Shown here one piece after another: positions 12,351 through 25,815 of a DNA stretch of 64,000 nucleotides. Numbering within the stretch: position 1 is the stretch's first letter; every line of letters begins with the position of its first letter. The notes beneath the pieces are model-generated. The model ran no database searches. It was not told where the DNA came from and worked only from the letters and a program-made list of their open reading frames with translations. Both the position numbers and the translations under genes were made by a program. Origin of the DNA: Schmidtea polychroa (lineage: Eukaryota); contig CM097886.1 of NCBI GenBank assembly GCA_044892525.1, positions 164,474,312 through 164,538,311 on the forward strand, in the 5' to 3' direction.

Positions 12351-13166
12351 CACTATACCATCCAGATATTGTGTTCAATGACCTCATAAGTTGTCCTAAA
12401 TCTGAATCAAATGAAGAGATAAAAGAAAATGAGAAACAATTTTTGGGTAATATTGTAGAACTTGCAAAAGTGACAATGAACTTTATATGGAAAAATAAAA
12501 CCTACATGTGAAACAATTTGTTATTCTGACTTTATCATTTCCATTCGAGTCCAATTTCCTATAAGCCTCACCACGTAGACAAAAGTAAATTGTAATGAAT
12601 TTATTTCCTCTATGTTATCAATTAGCTATATTTTATCTCTATTAACCTCCTGATTTAGCACAATTTCAATGATTATTTATGATAAACGAAATTTATATAT
12701 TATTTCTTCCAGAATAAAGATATTTGGATTCTGATCGGAGGTTTCTCAATTGTCATAGCAGCATTATTCACCATTTATTGGGTCTTTAGAAAGCAAATGA
12801 AAAGAAGATTCAAAGAGTAAATATTCAATTATATTAAAACAAATTTTATTAATTTCCTCATCAAGAATAAATAGAGATCGGAGTGAACCAATGCATTACG
12901 AGGTCGTTGATAATATCTACACGATCTCCCCTCCTATTAGAGAAAGCTGTGACTATGGAATGATTGAATCGGAATATGCATCTATAAAATGAAATCAAAA
13001 TCAAATATCTTTTGTTTATTTTCAAAATAGTTTCAATGTAATAAAGAATAATTCATTTGCAAAGTTCATAGTTCATTCGATTCGGGAAAATGAATGAAAG
13101 GATATGAATATGAACTTGATTAATCAAAACATAAATATACTTAAAATAAATTAATTTCAACAAAAC

Positions 13167-13277
13167 TGTTTTAATAATAAGACGATTGATCTAACTTGAT
13201 CATTTTGACCTCTATCTATAATGAATGATCTATATAATAGGGAATGACGTCGTTTCTAGGCCACATTTTGGTACCCC
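13167..13277 (+). mobile_element. Possible short LTR (13167-13265) followed by a PBS-like TTTTGGTACCCC
   Basis: TGT...ACA ends. No partner LTR or pol is visible before the N-gap. Confidence 0.25.
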
Positions 13278-15146
13278 TCTTACTACTTAGTAAATAACAT
13301 TAGGCGATAAATGTATCACTACTTTGTAAAGTGGGATAAGTTTCATCTATTTATTTGCTCTCTGATCCGGACTCTTTTAATACTCCTTTTCTAACTCTTC
13401 AGTTCCTATTATAATTCCCCTTTAGTTCTTAGCTTTGTTCCTCAATTTCCTATTGTCAGTTTCTTCTTCCCTACCTGAGGCTACTGCTCATTATCTGAAT
13501 TTGAAGTTTGCTTATATACTCCAATAATCGTTATAATTGACTCAATTGGTTTTGACTTCCTTAGTTATCATTCTCTAATTTGTTATTTCTGTTGACCCTC
13601 TTAGTAATTCCCCTTCTTTGCGATTACCCTAGTTTATCCGACTGTTTGGACAATTACCCTCTAAATTCTCAGTTTTTTTATTCTCTCAAATTGCCGCGCT
13701 CGGGGTTTCTTCATCGTTCGAGTTCTCCATTGGCTCGGACTTCTCATTAGCTCCGGTTTCCCATTAGTCAATTAATTAATTAATTAATATTTTGTATTTT
13801 TTCATATTTGCCTGTTTTACGACTATTTCTAAACATTTTCTAACAATTTCTTGCTCGCTGTCTTCTTCACCATTTCCTAATCTATCCCTCTCTCGTTTTC
13901 CAGCTTCAATTTCGATAACATTTCACTTTATTCCAATTACTCAGGTTTGGGCATTTTTCCATTACGTGTCTGATTGTATCCTTTATAGTTCTCTTTTTAT
14001 CAGATCTTTCTTTGCCATTAATTCTCTGCTTGACCGCGATTCATTTCGTCTAATTTCGGTTTTCTTTTTATTCGGAACTATTCAATTTGATATAATTTAA
14101 TAATNNNNNNNNNNNNNNNNNNNNNNNNNNNNNNNNNNNNNNNNNNNNNNNNNNNNNNNNNNNNNNNNNNNNNNNNNNNNNNNNNNNNNNNNNNNNNNNN
14201 NNNNNNNNNNNNNNNNNNNNNNNNNNNNNNNNNNNNNNNNNNNNNNNNNNNNNNNNNNNNNNNNNNNNNNNNNNNNNNNNNNNNNNNNNNNNNNNNNNNN
14301 NNNNNNNNNNNNNNNNNNNNNNNNNNNNNNNNNNNNNNNNNNNNNNTTCACAACAATAGAAATAAGATAGCACAATGAAACTTATACAATTTTACAATAA
14401 TTTAGCCTAGAGCAAGGATGTAAACCTCAAAAGACACCAAGAGCCGCATAAGGTATTTTGAGTACCCCGCGGTAACTGTGACATTTTGTATTATATTTAA
14501 TTAATTTGCAACGGCTTTATTAAGCTATTCCATCATAACGCTAAATATAATAGATCTGATCGAAATTTTGAAGGATGGGATAAAAAGAAAACAATTTCCA
14601 TTATCATAAAAATAATTAATTTATTACAAATACAATTATTTTTGCCATGAGGTTTGATGCCTCTTTTCCATAAAAATTGTTTTTATATTCGACTTAAATG
14701 CATTTGTCGCTCCCACCTTCATTAAGGATGACAAATGTTTATCATTATCTTTGTTATTTGGGATGTTTTAGTTAATTTTTCGATATTTGTTTAAAAAGAA
14801 AACAACCATATATATTATATATTACATAACTACACTTTAAAATCAAAATCCCTCAAAGAAATTAAACATTTTCATAACTTGGATCAATTCGATAGAATTG
14901 TCGGAAGGCAACAGAGGTGAATTCCAAGATATCTCAGAAATACCCAAAAAGTTTAACGGTTCAAGACGAATAAAGAAAAAGAATAAAGATAAATATTTAT
15001 TTCGAAACTGCTGGAAAATCTTTTTTATTTAAGATTTAACTCTTAGAGCTTTCGTTTTTCAGTGGAGAAACTTAATTTATCAGTTGCCCCACACTGGCGG
15101 ACCGATTTCCACTGGTAATACATCTTTAATGAATAAAAGGGAACAA

Positions 15147-15536
15147 CTGCTCTTTCAAAATGACATTTTCGATGACGCTATTTACAAATTCCACTTCGAT
15201 ACAAAATTGTATCTTTACAGAACCCATTTCTCTGATTACATTAATAAATTTAAATTTTCAACAATCATTTTAACTATGGCATATGATTTACGAAAATCAT
15301 AATTTACAACCGGTTCCAGTGATCCACCATATTGGATTGTACTATTAATTATTATTTCATCACCAGAGTTGGAGAGAGTTATTATATCAAGATTATTTTG
15401 ATAGTCAGAAAGAGATCACATCAGTTTCAAAATTAGTAAGAGTTACTGTATTATGTAGGACTATATCATCGTCTTCAGAATCGTAGAGAATAATGATGTG
15501 ATTATTATTATTTAAATTTTTAATTTTAGATGGATG
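15147..15536 (-). pseudogene. Relic of a Maverick pPolB N-terminal region (mirror of 22621-23010)
   Basis: Reverse complement of 22621-23010. Confidence 0.6.
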
Positions 15537-15699
15537 AGAGTCACTAATAATCAAATTAGATTTTCAGTAGGTAGTGTTAGTGGCCACCTGCAACAATTAC
15601 CCCCCAGGGATGGCGGGTAAAATTGTTGCAACTTTTGATTACGCAATTGTTGTAACTCACATTTTTTGCTTTCAGGGATTTTTAGTACAAAATTTTTTT

Positions 15700-17990
15700 T
15701 TCAGACTATAGTGAGGGTCCTATAGTCTCCATGGTCCTGGGATTTTCAATACAAAAAAATTTTTTCAATACAAAATCCGACTATCACTAAAAAGCATGGA
15801 TTATTCAGACTATAGTGAGGGGGTCTCCAAGGTCCTGGGATTATCAATACAAAAATATTTTTTTCAATAAAAAAGCCTGGTAATTCAAGGTCTCAATTTA
15901 TTTTCAATACAAAAAACCAAGGATAAGTCAGTATTATTTGGGTGGGCCTCTTTGGTCCTAGGATTTTCAATACATAAAGCGGTCTACACTAAAAAAGCGT
16001 GGTAAATAAAAGATAAATAGGAAAATAATGGTCCAAATTTTTGAATTACAGTAAATTATGGGTTCAAATAAGTTAATTAAGGTCCAAATTTTAAAATTAA
16101 AGTAAATAATGGTCCAAATTTAAAAATAAATTTAAAGTAACCAATGGGTTCAAATAAGTTAATTAAGGTCCAAATTTAACTTAAAATAAATTTAGGTTCT
16201 AAAAAATGAAATTAAAGTAAATTAATCTCTAAAATTTTAAATTAAAGTAAATTTACTTTAATCTAATAATTGGATTAAAGTAATCAATGGGCTCAGATTT
16301 TTAAATTAAAGTAAATAATGGTTCAAATAAGTAAATTAAGGTTTAGATTTTTGAATTATAGAAAAATTAAAGTTCGAATTTTTAAATTAAAGTAATCAAT
16401 GGTCTAAAAATTGAATCAAAGTTAATTAAGGTTCAAAAATAAAAATTAAAGTAAATTATGGTCTAAAATTTTGAATTATAGTAAATTAAGGTTCTAAAAA
16501 GTTAAATTAAAATTAATTAAGGATAAAATTTAAAAATTAAGTAATCAATGGTCAAAAATTTAAATAAAAGTTAAACAAATAAATTAAAGTAATAAGTTTT
16601 TAAATAATTAAATTAAAGTAATGTAATAAGTAAATTAAAGTAAGATTTTAAAATTTTTTAGCAAAAAGTTTGAATAACCAACGGCTTTTGAGAAATAAAA
16701 TTTCTTAAGAATTAATGGAAATTTATATGGAATAATTTTTTAAGATAATTTTTATTAAAATTTTAATGATATATTTTTCAAAGACAAATTTTAATAATTA
16801 TATTTAATAATAATAATTCAACAACAAACCAACGATCAGATACCTAATTACCAAATACAAGATACCAACAACTTAGTACACAAACCAGTAACTTACGAAC
16901 ATGTATTTACAACCAGATACCTACAACTAGATACTAACAACCAGTTACCTGCTACCAAGTATTTACAACCAGCTACGAAATACTAACAACCAAAAACAAG
17001 CAGCAACTAGCAGCAACCAAGTACTCACAACCGACAACAACCAGGTACTAAGCATTATCAATCAACTACTAAGTACTTACAAACTTCTACAAGATACCTG
17101 ATACCAAGTACAAAATACCAAGTATTAAGCATTGTCAACTAGATACCAAGTACTTACAACCAGATGACCACATGATAATATTGGATAAATATGACTATAA
17201 GGGTTATATTTAGTTGTTAAGTAAATTATGGTGTAAAATTAAGTAATAAAAGATGATTAAGTAAATTAAGGATAAGTAAATTAAAGTTAAAAATTTTAAA
17301 TCAAGTAATCAATGGTTCAAATTAAAGTTAAATAAGTAAATTAAAGATATAATTTTTAAATAAGTAAAGTAATGTAATAAGTAAATTAAAATAAGATTTT
17401 TAAATTTATTAACAAAAAGTTAGAAAAATTATCAATGTTTGAGAAATAAAAATTTTAAATGAAAATTCATATGAAATAATTTTTAAAGTCAAATTTTAAT
17501 GTAAATTTTAATGGAATATTTTTTAAGCTAATTTTTAATGGAATTTTAAACGGAATAATTTTTTAAGTTAATTTTTTATGGAAATTTTAATGAAATAATT
17601 TTCAAAGATAATTTTCAATGAAAATTTTAATGGATTAATTTTTTAAGTTAATTTGTATGAAATATTTTTTTAAGATAATTTTAAATACAAATTTCAATGA
17701 AATATTTTTCAAATTCAAATGAAACTTTTAATCGAATAATAATAATAATATTAATAAAAAAAAATAATATTAATGTTATAAAATAATTATAATAATAATA
17801 ATAATATTAATAAAAATAATTATAATAATAATAATAAAAATAATAATAATAATTCAACAGTTACCAACAATCGGTTACTAAATATTTTTAACTAGGTGCT
17901 AACAAATAAGTACCAAATACTTACAAAATGATACCATGTACTAACTAACTCTCAAGCAACCAGATACTTACAACTAACTACTTACAATCA
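15700..17990. repeat. Stacked degenerate minisatellites: about 100-bp CAGACTATAGTGAGGG...GGTCCTGGGATT units, about 30-bp AAATTAAAGTAAAT..GGTCC units, CAACCAGATACT-type units and AAT runs
   Basis: Blocks visible at about 15700-15975, 16020-16650, 16830-17175 and 17200-17990. Confidence 0.75.
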
Positions 17991-18359
17991 ACTAAATATT
18001 CTTCATTATATTTTATGAAATGTTTTTTTAAATTAATTTTTTTTATTTGTCTTCAAAAATATTTTTAATTACAATCAGTAGAAAAACCTTTTCAAAATGT
18101 CTAAATTTAACAAAAATGTTGATTTTCATCAAAAATTGAATAATTGTCAACACAACCACTTCAAAACACCACGTGGAATTGAGGATAATTTTAATTACAA
18201 TGAGAGACTAATGAATTCTAATTTACAGAACATTCTTCTTTTAAATGATAACTACTGACTTATTATTGGAAAGTAAAAATTGCGTTCAATAAATAGTTAT
18301 TGTTAATTCGTTTTAATATATATACTCGGAGTTTATCCGACAGGATGTTTTGACCCTCT

Positions 18360-18434
18360 AAGGGTATTGGTCATAAGGGTACTGCTCGTAATGGTATTAG
18401 TCGTAAAGGTACCGGTCGTAAGGATATTGGTCAC
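18360..18434 (+). repeat. 15-bp minisatellite x5 followed by C14
   Basis: AAGGGTATTGGTCAT / AAGGGTACTGCTCGT / AATGGTATTAGTCGT / AAAGGTACCGGTCGT / AAGGATATTGGTCAC. Confidence 0.85.
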
Positions 18435-18833
18435 TCTCAACCCCCCCCCCCCCCACCTACCAATTAACTAGTTACCATGTACTAACAACTAGGTCTCGAA
18501 CAACTAAATACTAAACACTTACAACCATGTACTAACAACCACCATCAAAACCCATCGAGAAATTAACAAATATCAACCTACAACTATGTAATAACAAATT
18601 GATCTTTAAAAGAAAATGCTCTTCACTTGAGAATATTGGATGAAAAATTAATTGAACTAAAAGCACTTTTAAGATTTACCACTAACTAGGTCAAAATTGA
18701 TTAAATTATTGTAAAAATTTAAATTATTCAAAATATACCAAATAAATATTATAAAAATGTAATTAATGGACAGGAAAGAACTTTAAATTCTAGTCATTAA
18801 TCATCCAGTAAATAAAAAAAATACTGATCATTC

Positions 18834-20129
18834 AAGTTAATATGAATCAACTAAGTTAATAAATAAGATTGAATAAATAAATTAAAATTAATTAATTTGA
18901 ATTATTTTTTAAAAGTAATACATGTCAATATCAATGTTTTAAGGGAAATTGCAATACATTATTCAGTTATGAATCAATAATAATGTGAAATTATATCGTT
19001 TTATTAGGTTGTGATTAATCCATTGTATATTAATTTAGATTTATGTTTTAGAACAATGTTTTATTAAATTTTCTATTAATTATCTAGGGTTTTATTAAGT
19101 TAGTGTTAATGATCAATTTACTTGGTTTTGACAATGAAAACTTTACAGATAACTGTGATCGACATCAACTTTAAATTATTTTTATCTTTATTTAGACGGA
19201 GAATGACAAAAGTTGAGAAATATTGATCTTTATTGGAAGAAATTTATCGTGTGATTTTAATTATTAATTAAATTGGTTGAATATCGGTAAAAATGATCAT
19301 TTGAAGAAATATATTTTATTGAATGGATAAATTTAATCTTTCATTGAGACCTAGTCAGTTATATTTATTTTAAATTTTGAGTACAATGATTTACAAAAAT
19401 TTACAGTGATTAACAAAAATTTAATTATAACCGGTTTTATCATTAGATTTTATAAATTATTTAGGGTTAATGACCAAATTATTTTACATGTTTTATGGGG
19501 AAATATTCGTGATAATAGGAATTAAAGTTAGAATTATAGTCATTTAAATGGGATTTTAAGCAATCTTATTAGTCTGAGGTAAATATATAATCTTTTATAG
19601 TTATTTTTCGATAAAATACTAATCTTTAATTATTTCAGGGAAATTTGATGCTTTTTAGATGATTTTAATGAAATATGTGTAATAATATGAATTAAGGGTA
19701 GAAATATAGTCATTTAAGGGATTTTAAGGAATCTTATTAGTTTGAGGAGAATATATGATCTTTGACAAGTATTTATCATTAAAATACCAATCTTTAAATA
19801 TTGATATATTTAGGGGAAATGATTCTTTTTAGATGATTTTATTGGAGAATTCACTTGGATATACCAATTATTGTCATTTAAATGAATTTAATGGTTTATT
19901 AGATGTTATCATTAGTTATCAGTCTCTTTTGGAATTTAATGATAATTATTTTTATTGTAGATTGCTGACTTTGATAATTGTAATGAATTTATACTGATTT
20001 TTTGAATATATTGAGCAATCAGTCAATCAATTTGAGTACATGTATTATTTTTAAAAAATAATTCAAATTAATTAATTTTAATTTATTTATTCAATCTTAT
20101 TTATTAACTTAGTTGATTCATATTAACTT
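18834..20129. repeat. Innermost 92-bp inverted repeat (18834-18925 and 20038-20129) enclosing a 1.1-kb spacer
   Basis: AAGTTAATATGAATCAACTAAG...TAATACATGT matches its reverse complement with one mismatch. Confidence 0.92.
19537..19860 (+). repeat. About 170-bp degenerate tandem duplication in the palindrome spacer
   Basis: TAGTCATTTAA..GGGATTTTAAG.AATCTTATTAGT.TGAGG occurs at about 19537 and 19708. Confidence 0.65.
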
Positions 20130-22620
20130 AAAAAACATTTCATAAAATATAATGAAGAATATTTAGTTGATTGTAAGTAGTTAGTTGTAAGTATCTGGTT
20201 GTTTGAGAGTTAGTTAGTACATGGTATCATTTTGTAAGTATTTGGTACTTATTTGTTAGCACCTAGTTAAAAATATTTAGCAACCGATTGTTGGTAACTG
20301 TTGAATTATTATTATTATTTTTATTATTATTATTATAATTATTTTTATTAATATTATTATTATTATTATAATTATTTTATAACATTAATATTATTTTTTT
20401 TATTAATATTATTATTATTATTCGATTAAAAGTTTCATTTGAATTTGAAAAATATTTCATTGAAATTTGTATTTAAAATTATCTTAAAAAAATATTTCAT
20501 ACAAATTAACTTAAAAAATTAATCCATTAAAATTTTCATTGAAAATTATCTTTGAAAATTATTTCATTAAAATTTCCATAAAAAATTAACTTAAAAAATT
20601 ATTCCGTTTAAAATTCCATTAAAAATTAGCTTAAAAAATATTCCACTAAAATTTACATTAAAATTTGACTTTAAAAATTATTTCATATGAATTTTCATTT
20701 AAAATTTTTATTTCTCAAACATTGATAATTTTTCTAACTTTTTGTTAATAAATTTAAAAATCTTATTTTAATTTACTTATTACATTACTTTACTTATTTA
20801 AAAATTATATCTTTAATTTACTTATTTAACTTTAATTTGAACCATTGATTACTTGATTTAAAATTTTTAACTTTAATTTACTTATCCTTAATTTACTTAA
20901 TCATCTTTTATTACTTAATTTTACACCATAATTTACTTAACAACTAAATATAACCCTTATAGTCATATTTATCCAATATTATCATGTGGTCATCTGGTTG
21001 TAAGTACTTGGTATCTAGTTGACAATGCTTAATACTTGGTATTTTGTACTTGGTATCAGGTATCTTGTAGAAGTTTGTAAGTACTTAGTAGTTGATTGAT
21101 AATGCTTAGTACCTGGTTGTTGTCGGTTGTGAGTACTTGGTTGCTGCTAGTTGCTGCTTGTTTTTGGTTGTTAGTATTTCGTAGCTGGTTGTAAATACTT
21201 GGTAGCAGGTAACTGGTTGTTAGTATCTAGTTGTAGGTATCTGGTTGTAAATACATGTTCGTAAGTTACTGGTTTGTGTACTAAGTTGTTGGTATCTTGT
21301 ATTTGGTAATTAGGTATCTGATCGTTGGTTTGTTGTTGAATTATTATTATTAAATATAATTATTAAAATTTGTCTTTGAAAAATATATCATTAAAATTTT
21401 AATAAAAATTATCTTAAAAAATTATTCCATATAAATTTCCATTAATTCTTAAGAAATTTTATTTCTCAAAAGCCGTTGGTTATTCAAACTTTTTGCTAAA
21501 AAATTTTAAAATCTTACTTTAATTTACTTATTACATTACTTTAATTTAATTATTTAAAAACTTATTACTTTAATTTATTTGTTTAACTTTTATTTAAATT
21601 TTTGACCATTGATTACTTAATTTTTAAATTTTATCCTTAATTAATTTTAATTTAACTTTTTAGAACCTTAATTTACTATAATTCAAAATTTTAGACCATA
21701 ATTTACTTTAATTTTTATTTTTGAACCTTAATTAACTTTGATTCAATTTTTAGACCATTGATTACTTTAATTTAAAAATTCGAACTTTAATTTTTCTATA
21801 ATTCAAAAATCTAAACCTTAATTTACTTATTTGAACCATTATTTACTTTAATTTAAAAATCTGAGCCCATTGATTACTTTAATCCAATTATTAGATTAAA
21901 GTAAATTTACTTTAATTTAAAATTTTAGAGATTAATTTACTTTAATTTCATTTTTTAGAACCTAAATTTATTTTAAGTTAAATTTGGACCTTAATTAACT
22001 TATTTGAACCCATTGGTTACTTTAAATTTATTTTTAAATTTGGACCATTATTTACTTTAATTTTAAAATTTGGACCTTAATTAACTTATTTGAACCCATA
22101 ATTTACTGTAATTCAAAAATTTGGACCATTATTTTCCTATTTATCTTTTATTTACCACGCTTTTTTAGTGTAGACCGCTTTATGTATTGAAAATCCTAGG
22201 ACCAAAGAGGCCCACCCAAATAATACTGACTTATCCTTGGTTTTTTGTATTGAAAATAAATTGAGACCTTGAATTACCAGGCTTTTTTATTGAAAAAAAT
22301 ATTTTTGTATTGATAATCCCAGGACCTTGGAGACCCCCTCACTATAGTCTGAATAATCCATGCTTTTTAGTGATAGTCGGATTTTGTATTGAAAAAATTT
22401 TTTTGTATTGAAAATCCCAGGACCATGGAGACTATAGGACCCTCACTATAGTCTGAAAAAAAAATTTTGTACTAAAAATCCCTGAAAGCAAAAAATGTGA
22501 GTTACAACAATTGCGTAATCAAAAGTTGCAACAATTTTACCCGCCATCCCTGGGGGGTAATTGTTGCAGGTGGCCACTAACACTACCTACTGAAAATCTA
22601 ATTTGATTATTAGTGACTCT

Positions 22621-23010
22621 CATCCATCTAAAATTAAAAATTTAAATAATAATAATCACATCATTATTCTCTACGATTCTGAAGACGATGATATAGTCCT
22701 ACATAATACAGTAACTCTTACTAATTTTGAAACTGATGTGATCTCTTTCTGACTATCAAAATAATCTTGATATAATAACTCTCTCCAACTCTGGTGATGA
22801 AATAATAATTAATAGTACAATCCAATATGGTGGATCACTGGAACCGGTTGTAAATTATGATTTTCGTAAATCATATGCCATAGTTAAAATGATTGTTGAA
22901 AATTTAAATTTATTAATGTAATCAGAGAAATGGGTTCTGTAAAGATACAATTTTGTATCGAAGTGGAATTTGTAAATAGCGTCATCGAAAATGTCATTTT
23001 GAAAGAGCAG
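22621..23010 (+). pseudogene. Degenerate Maverick pPolB N-terminal relic
   Basis: HPSKIKN..IIILYDSEDDD, IQYGGSL and IREMGSVKIQFCIEVEF match IPAKIRK..IIISDDEE, NQIGGSI and IEKMGSVKVQFTVLIQF of ORF 50982-52568. Confidence 0.6.
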
Positions 23011-25815
23011 TTGTTCCCTTTTATTCATTAAAGATGTATTACCAGTGGAAATCGGTCCGCCAGTGTGGGGCAACTGATAAATTAAGTTTCTCCACTGAAA
23101 AACGAAAGCTCTAAGAGTTAAATCTTAAATAAAAAAGATTTTCCAGCAGTTTCGAAATAAATATTTATCTTTATTCTTTTTCTTTATTCGTCTTGAACCG
23201 TTAAACTTTTTGGGTATTTCTGAGATATCTTGGAATTCACCTCTGTTGCCTTCCGACAATTCTATCGAATTGATCCAAGTTATGAAAATGTTTAATTTCT
23301 TTGAGGGATTTTGATTTTAAAGTGTAGTTATGTAATATATAATATATATGGTTGTTTTCTTTTTAAACAAATATCGAAAAATTAACTAAAACATCCCAAA
23401 TAACAAAGATAATGATAAACATTTGTCATCCTTAATGAAGGTGGGAGCGACAAATGCATTTAAGTCGAATATAAAAACAATTTTTATGGAAAAGAGGCAT
23501 CAAACCTCATGGCAAAAATAATTGTATTTGTAATAAATTAATTATTTTTATGATAATGGAAATTGTTTTCTTTTTATCCCATCCTTCAAAATTTCGATCA
23601 GATCTATTATATTTAGCGTTATGATGGAATAGCTTAATAAAGCCGTTGCAAATTAATTAAATATAATACAAAATGTCACAGTTACCGCGGGGTACTCAAA
23701 ATACCTTATGCGGCTCTTGGTGTCTTTTGAGGTTTACATCCTTGCTCTAGGCTAAATTATTGTAAAATTGTATAAGTTTCATTGTGCTATCTTATTTCTA
23801 TTGTTGTGAANNNNNNNNNNNNNNNNNNNNNNNNNNNNNNNNNNNNNNNNNNNNNNNNNNNNNNNNNNNNNNNNNNNNNNNNNNNNNNNNNNNNNNNNNN
23901 NNNNNNNNNNNNNNNNNNNNNNNNNNNNNNNNNNNNNNNNNNNNNNNNNNNNNNNNNNNNNNNNNNNNNNNNNNNNNNNNNNNNNNNNNNNNNNNNNNNN
24001 NNNNNNNNNNNNNNNNNNNNNNNNNNNNNNNNNNNNNNNNNNNNNNNNNNNNNNNNNNNNNATTATTAAATTATATCAAATTGAATAGTTCCGAATAAAA
24101 AGAAAACCGAAATTAGACGAAATGAATCGCGGTCAAGCAGAGAATTAATGGCAAAGAAAGATCTGATAAAAAGAGAACTATAAAGGATACAATCAGACAC
24201 GTAATGGAAAAATGCCCAAACCTGAGTAATTGGAATAAAGTGAAATGTTATCGAAATTGAAGCTGGAAAACGAGAGAGGGATAGATTAGGAAATGGTGAA
24301 GAAGACAGCGAGCAAGAAATTGTTAGAAAATGTTTAGAAATAGTCGTAAAACAGGCAAATATGAAAAAATACAAAATATTAATTAATTAATTAATTGACT
24401 AATGGGAAACCGGAGCTAATGAGAAGTCCGAGCCAATGGAGAACTCGAACGATGAAGAAACCCCGAGCGCGGCAATTTGAGAGAATAAAAAAACTGAGAA
24501 TTTAGAGGGTAATTGTCCAAACAGTCGGATAAACTAGGGTAATCGCAAAGAAGGGGAATTACTAAGAGGGTCAACAGAAATAACAAATTAGAGAATGATA
24601 ACTAAGGAAGTCAAAACCAATTGAGTCAATTATAACGATTATTGGAGTATATAAGCAAACTTCAAATTCAGATAATGAGCAGTAGCCTCAGGTAGGGAAG
24701 AAGAAACTGACAATAGGAAATTGAGGAACAAAGCTAAGAACTAAAGGGGAATTATAATAGGAACTGAAGAGTTAGAAAAGGAGTATTAAAAGAGTCCGGA
24801 TCAGAGAGCAAATAAATAGATGAAACTTATCCCACTTTACAAAGTAGTGATACATTTATCGCCTAATGTTATTTACTAAGTAGTAAGAGGGGTACCAAAA
24901 TGTGGCCTAGAAACGACGTCATTCCCTATTATATAGATCATTCATTATAGATAGAGGTCAAAATGATCAAGTTAGATCAATCGTCTTATTATTAAAACAG
25001 TTTTGTTGAAATTAATTTATTTTAAGTATATTTATGTTTTGATTAATCAAGTTCATATTCATATCCTTTCATTCATTTTCCCGAATCGAATGAACTATGA
25101 ACTTTGCAAATGAATTATTCTTTATTACATTGAAACTATTTTGAAAATAAACAAAAGATATTTGATTTTGATTTCATTTTATAGATGCATATTCCGATTC
25201 AATCATTCCATAGTCACAGCTTTCTCTAATAGGAGGGGAGATCGTGTAGATATTATCAACGACCTCGTAATGCATTGGTTCACTCCGATCTCTATTTATT
25301 CTTGATGAGGAAATTAATAAAATTTGTTTTAATATAATTGAATATTTACTCTTTGAATCTTCTTTTCATTTGCTTTCTAAAGACCCAATAAATGGTGAAT
25401 AATGCTGCTATGACAATTGAGAAACCTCCGATCAGAATCCAAATATCTTTATTCTGGAAGAAATAATATATAAATTTCGTTTATCATAAATAATCATTGA
25501 AATTGTGCTAAATCAGGAGGTTAATAGAGATAAAATATAGCTAATTGATAACATAGAGGAAATAAATTCATTACAATTTACTTTTGTCTACGTGGTGAGG
25601 CTTATAGGAAATTGGACTCGAATGGAAATGATAAAGTCAGAATAACAAATTGTTTCACATGTAGGTTTTATTTTTCCATATAAAGTTCATTGTCACTTTT
25701 GCAAGTTCTACAATATTACCCAAAAATTGTTTCTCATTTTCTTTTATCTCTTCATTTGATTCAGATTTAGGACAACTTATGAGGTCATTGAACACAATAT
25801 CTGGATGGTATAGTG

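Larger units (their letters stand above)
3373..12820 (+). pseudogene. Multi-exon laminin-G-like single-pass membrane protein gene, disrupted by hAT insertions
   Basis: Exonic segments ISLLTKIFEGIVLYATN (LamG-like) and WMGNIG...LIGCVEYFYFNNQPI (LamG C-terminus). Exon from about 10408 is split by a hAT. Terminal exon 12713-12820 encodes NKDIWILIGGFSIVIAALFTIYWVFRKQMKRRFKE* (TM segment plus basic tail). Confidence 0.55.
1..18030. repeat. Left arm of giant inverted duplication (mirror of 20130-38163); may continue beyond the window start
   Basis: Every ORF in 1-15.3 kb has a reverse-complement twin: 43+38121=38164, 10969+27197=38166, 15084+23073=38157. Offset shifts are explained by a C9 vs G7 homopolymer near 8260/29899 and by N-gaps of 242 vs 251. 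Confidence 0.97.

Noticed and set aside
13792-14375. ORFs of 92-104 aa spanning or abutting N-gaps (also near 23.8, 44.2, 46.7, 49.3, 50.5 and 50.9 kb)
   Set aside because: Open only because of Ns or low-complexity pyrimidine-rich sequence; no recognisable motifs.
15084-15302. 72-aa ORF (mirror 22855-23073)
   Set aside because: Antisense to the pPolB N-terminal relic and has no independent motif.
18834-20129. MULE or MITE with 92-bp TIRs
   Set aside because: No target-site duplication, and the right copy is fused directly to the large arm; better explained as the innermost part of the palindrome.
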